This document shows, one piece after another, positions 39,064-40,837 of a stretch of DNA of 40,837 nt. Made by a program: the position numbers and the translations under genes. Every line of letters begins with the position of its first letter. Position 1 is the first letter of the stretch. The notes beneath the pieces are model-generated. The model worked only from the letters and a program-made list of their open reading frames with translations, did not search any database and was not told the DNA's origin. This DNA comes from a virus, in the IMG/VR virus record IMGVR_UViG_3300006854_000016; one strand, given 5' to 3'.

Positions 39064-40181
39064 CAGGGCGTCGGCCCGTGCATCGGCGGCGTCGGCCCCG
39101 CCTCGAAGATGTTTGACCCCCCGTTCTTGAAGTTGATCGTGTACTTGATGCTGAGCGTCTGCCCTTCACCGACCGGCGTCGGCCCAAACCATCGCAGTCG
39201 CAGGAAGGGCGGGGGCGAGGGAATGACATACGTTCCGCTCGTCATGATGACGTTCGACGGGGACAGCGAATCATTCCACAACGGGTCGGTGGCGGTTGTC
39301 GGAAGATAGCCGCCGAACGCGCTGTCCCACGACAGAGTCGAGGATTGCCCGCCATACGCCGCGTGGTCCGTTGCCACCTTGTTATCCACCTTGATCGTGA
39401 TGGACGCCGCGCCTCGGCAGTCGATGAACCCTTGCGACCCCGTGGTAGAGAGTGTCCAACTTGTGACATAGCAGGTGTTCGTGATCGACCCGACACCCGT
39501 GATGCTAAAACTGAAAGGCACCTGCGCCCCGCTCTGCGGCTGTACGAACGCCGCGTTCGCGGAGGAATACCCCGGCAGCGTGTTGGAGAACGACACATGG
39601 AAGGGCCACACGTCACTCGCCCCCGTCGCGGCCCCGGTCACGGAGAGGGTCATGAGCCATCCGGCAGCATTCGCTGCGGCCATGCCCTGGTTGAACGTCG
39701 CATTGGGCTGTCCCGTCAGCGACACCGTGAACGTCCCCGTGCCAGCGTTCGCCGTGACCGTGGCATTCGGCTGGCCCGTGAGGGATACGGTGAAGGTGCC
39801 GGTCCCCGCGTTCGCGGTCACCGTCCCCCAGATGTTTGTCGCGCCCCCGGTCCCAGTCTGCGTGACCCAGATCGGCTTCGTCGCCGCGCCGCCGAAGGAC
39901 GCGGTCGAGATGGACACGATCCACGGGCTCGTCGACTGCGAGACGCTCGCGGCCGTGCTCGAGCTGACGGGCGTGACCATGAGGCCGCCCGTCGACGGGT
40001 CGATCTTGAAGGGCAGGAGGACCCCGGTGTTCGTGGACGAGAAGCCGAGGTTCATCGAGAACGGCTGGTGGACGATGTACGCCTGCTGGGCGTCGGTCAC
40101 GGTCCGCGGGAGGGCCGCGGCGGAACGGCCGGCGAGGAGGAAGAGGGCGGCGACGAGCGATCGGACCGGCTTATTCCACAT
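39063..40181 (-). CDS. Secreted/fibre-like beta-rich protein with an internal 21-aa perfect duplication
   Basis: 372 aa; GGAAGGAG RBS. Signal-like 'MWNKPVRSLVAALFLLAGRSAAA'. 'TVTANAGTGTFTVSLTGQPNA' occurs twice. Confidence 0.6.
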   Translation of the reverse strand: MWNKPVRSLVAALFLLAGRSAAALPRTVTDAQQAYIVHQPFSMNLGFSSTNTGVLLPFKIDPSTGGLMVTPVSSSTAASVSQSTSPWIVSISTASFGGAATKPIWVTQTGTGGATNIWGTVTANAGTGTFTVSLTGQPNATVTANAGTGTFTVSLTGQPNATFNQGMAAANAAGWLMTLSVTGAATGASDVWPFHVSFSNTLPGYSSANAAFVQPQSGAQVPFSFSITGVGSITNTCYVTSWTLSTTGSQGFIDCRGAASITIKVDNKVATDHAAYGGQSSTLSWDSAFGGYLPTTATDPLWNDSLSPSNVIMTSGTYVIPSPPPFLRLRWFGPTPVGEGQTLSIKYTINFKNGGSNIFEAGPTPPMHGPTP

Positions 40182-40221
40182 TCGGCTCCTTCCGCCCGGG
40201 GGCGGTGTTCTGGTCGGGTGA

Positions 40222-40251
40222 ACGCTACCACGCCACGCCGGGGCGCGTCAA
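40222..40251 (-). promoter_or_regulatory. Promoter-like element TTGACG-N18-TAGCGT containing the 13-mer CGTGGTAGCGTTC
   Basis: Minus strand TTGACGCGCCCCGGCGTGGCGTGGTAGCGTTC, ~45 nt upstream of the ATG at 40181. It lies in one of the few intergenic gaps. Confidence 0.35.
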
Positions 40252-40264
40252 AACGGCCCCCGGC

Positions 40265-40837
40265 CTACTTCCCGGCGTTGTAGATGGCCGCGAGCTGCGC
40301 CAGGCTCATGCAGAGGCCGGAATACAGGATCCCGTCCTCGTGCAGGCCGTCACTCTCGGCCCCGGCGGCGTCCGGATAGGAGCCGACGCAGAAGTCCTGC
40401 GTCGCCGCGTTGATCGGCTCCGGACTCCCGTGCGCGGCGCCCGCGAAGTCCAGGACGAGCCCGGTCGAGGGACGGCCGATATACGCCCGCACCCGCAGGC
40501 CGTCGTACGTCATGGCGATCATGGTCTTGTCCCCGGTCGTGATGTCCCCCGCGCCGAGGCGCTCGATGTGGTTGCCGCCGGCCGTGGTGTGGTAGAGGGT
40601 CGCCAGCCGCGTTTCGCCGATGAAGTTGTACATCGCAAACCCGGTCGCCAGGGAGAGCTCGGCGCAGCCGATCAGGTACCGGTCGTGGGCACCGTTCACC
40701 CCCGGTAGGCTGATCCAGTTGATGAGGGTCATCGCGGTCCCGACGTTCATCCACGCCGCGTTCGGGATCCGGGTGTACTTCCCGGCCGCCGCGCGGAAGG
40801 AGGAGCTCGTCGGGTACCCGGTCGGGTCGTTCACGAG
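40265..40837 (-). CDS. C-terminal part of the junction-spanning tail protein: LamG / concanavalin-A-like lectin domain
   Basis: Track ORF 40265..40834. 'AAGKYTRIPNAAWMNVGTAMTLINWI', 'GDKTMIAMTYDGLRVRAYIG' and the terminal 'GILYSGLCMSLAQLAAIYNAGK' fit the Laminin_G_3 pattern. The apparent GTG start at 40834 is an artefact of the window edge. Confidence 0.7.
   Translation of the reverse strand, partial: LVNDPTGYPTSSSFRAAAGKYTRIPNAAWMNVGTAMTLINWISLPGVNGAHDRYLIGCAELSLATGFAMYNFIGETRLATLYHTTAGGNHIERLGAGDITTGDKTMIAMTYDGLRVRAYIGRPSTGLVLDFAGAAHGSPEPINAATQDFCVGSYPDAAGAESDGLHEDGILYSGLCMSLAQLAAIYNAGK
40728..40837. repeat. Terminal direct repeat, copy 2 (identical to 1-110)
   Basis: Same 110-nt string as bases 1-110. 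Confidence 0.97.

Noticed and set aside
40265-40837. Diversity-generating retroelement targeting the LamG-tipped tail protein
   Set aside because: There is no reverse transcriptase anywhere in the closed genome, and I saw no template-repeat copy of the C-terminal region.

Overview
This high-GC window (about 65-70% by spot counts) appears to be a complete tailed-phage genome. Bases 1-110 are identical to 40728-40837, so the unique length is 40,727 bp, and one tail gene runs across that junction. Every credible gene (about 60 CDS plus 1 tRNA) is on the minus strand. The long plus-strand ORFs in the track, and many minus-strand alternate-frame ORFs, are GC-rich shadow ORFs.

Gene order in the direction of transcription (descending coordinates):
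- A promoter-like site at ~35449, then a small HTH gene and a wHTH initiator-like gene that carries an internal ori-like iteron cluster.
- A second promoter-like site, then a gene with a 12 x 27-bp perfect tandem repeat.
- A nucleoside-deoxyribosyltransferase-like gene and a C5 DNA methyltransferase with about 8 tandem TRD-like modules.
- A recombination module: Sak4-like ATPase, Cas4/PD-(D/E)XK-like nuclease and an SSB-like protein.
- About 25 small accessory genes, including ASCH, a GNAT-like protein, RusA, a lipoprotein and an HExxH mini-protein.
- The packaging and head module: terS, terL, a portal-MuF fusion, a tRNA(CAU), a prohead protease-scaffold fusion and the major capsid protein.
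- Head-tail joining genes and a siphovirus-type tail module: tube, chaperones, tape measure, a 1390-aa beta-propeller/beta-helix fibre, a LamG-tipped protein and two further fibre-like proteins.
- A lysis cassette: lipoprotein with a C-terminal TMD, a 36-aa TM peptide, an Rz-like protein, a secreted protein, a holin-like protein and a GH25 endolysin.

At least 28 gene junctions are 4-nt ATGA or GTGA start/stop overlaps. Many first-ATG N-termini in the ORF track are therefore over-extended, and I re-called starts accordingly. No integrase, DNA polymerase, primase/helicase, CRISPR array or rRNA was seen. All functional calls rest on motifs and synteny read by eye; no database search was possible.
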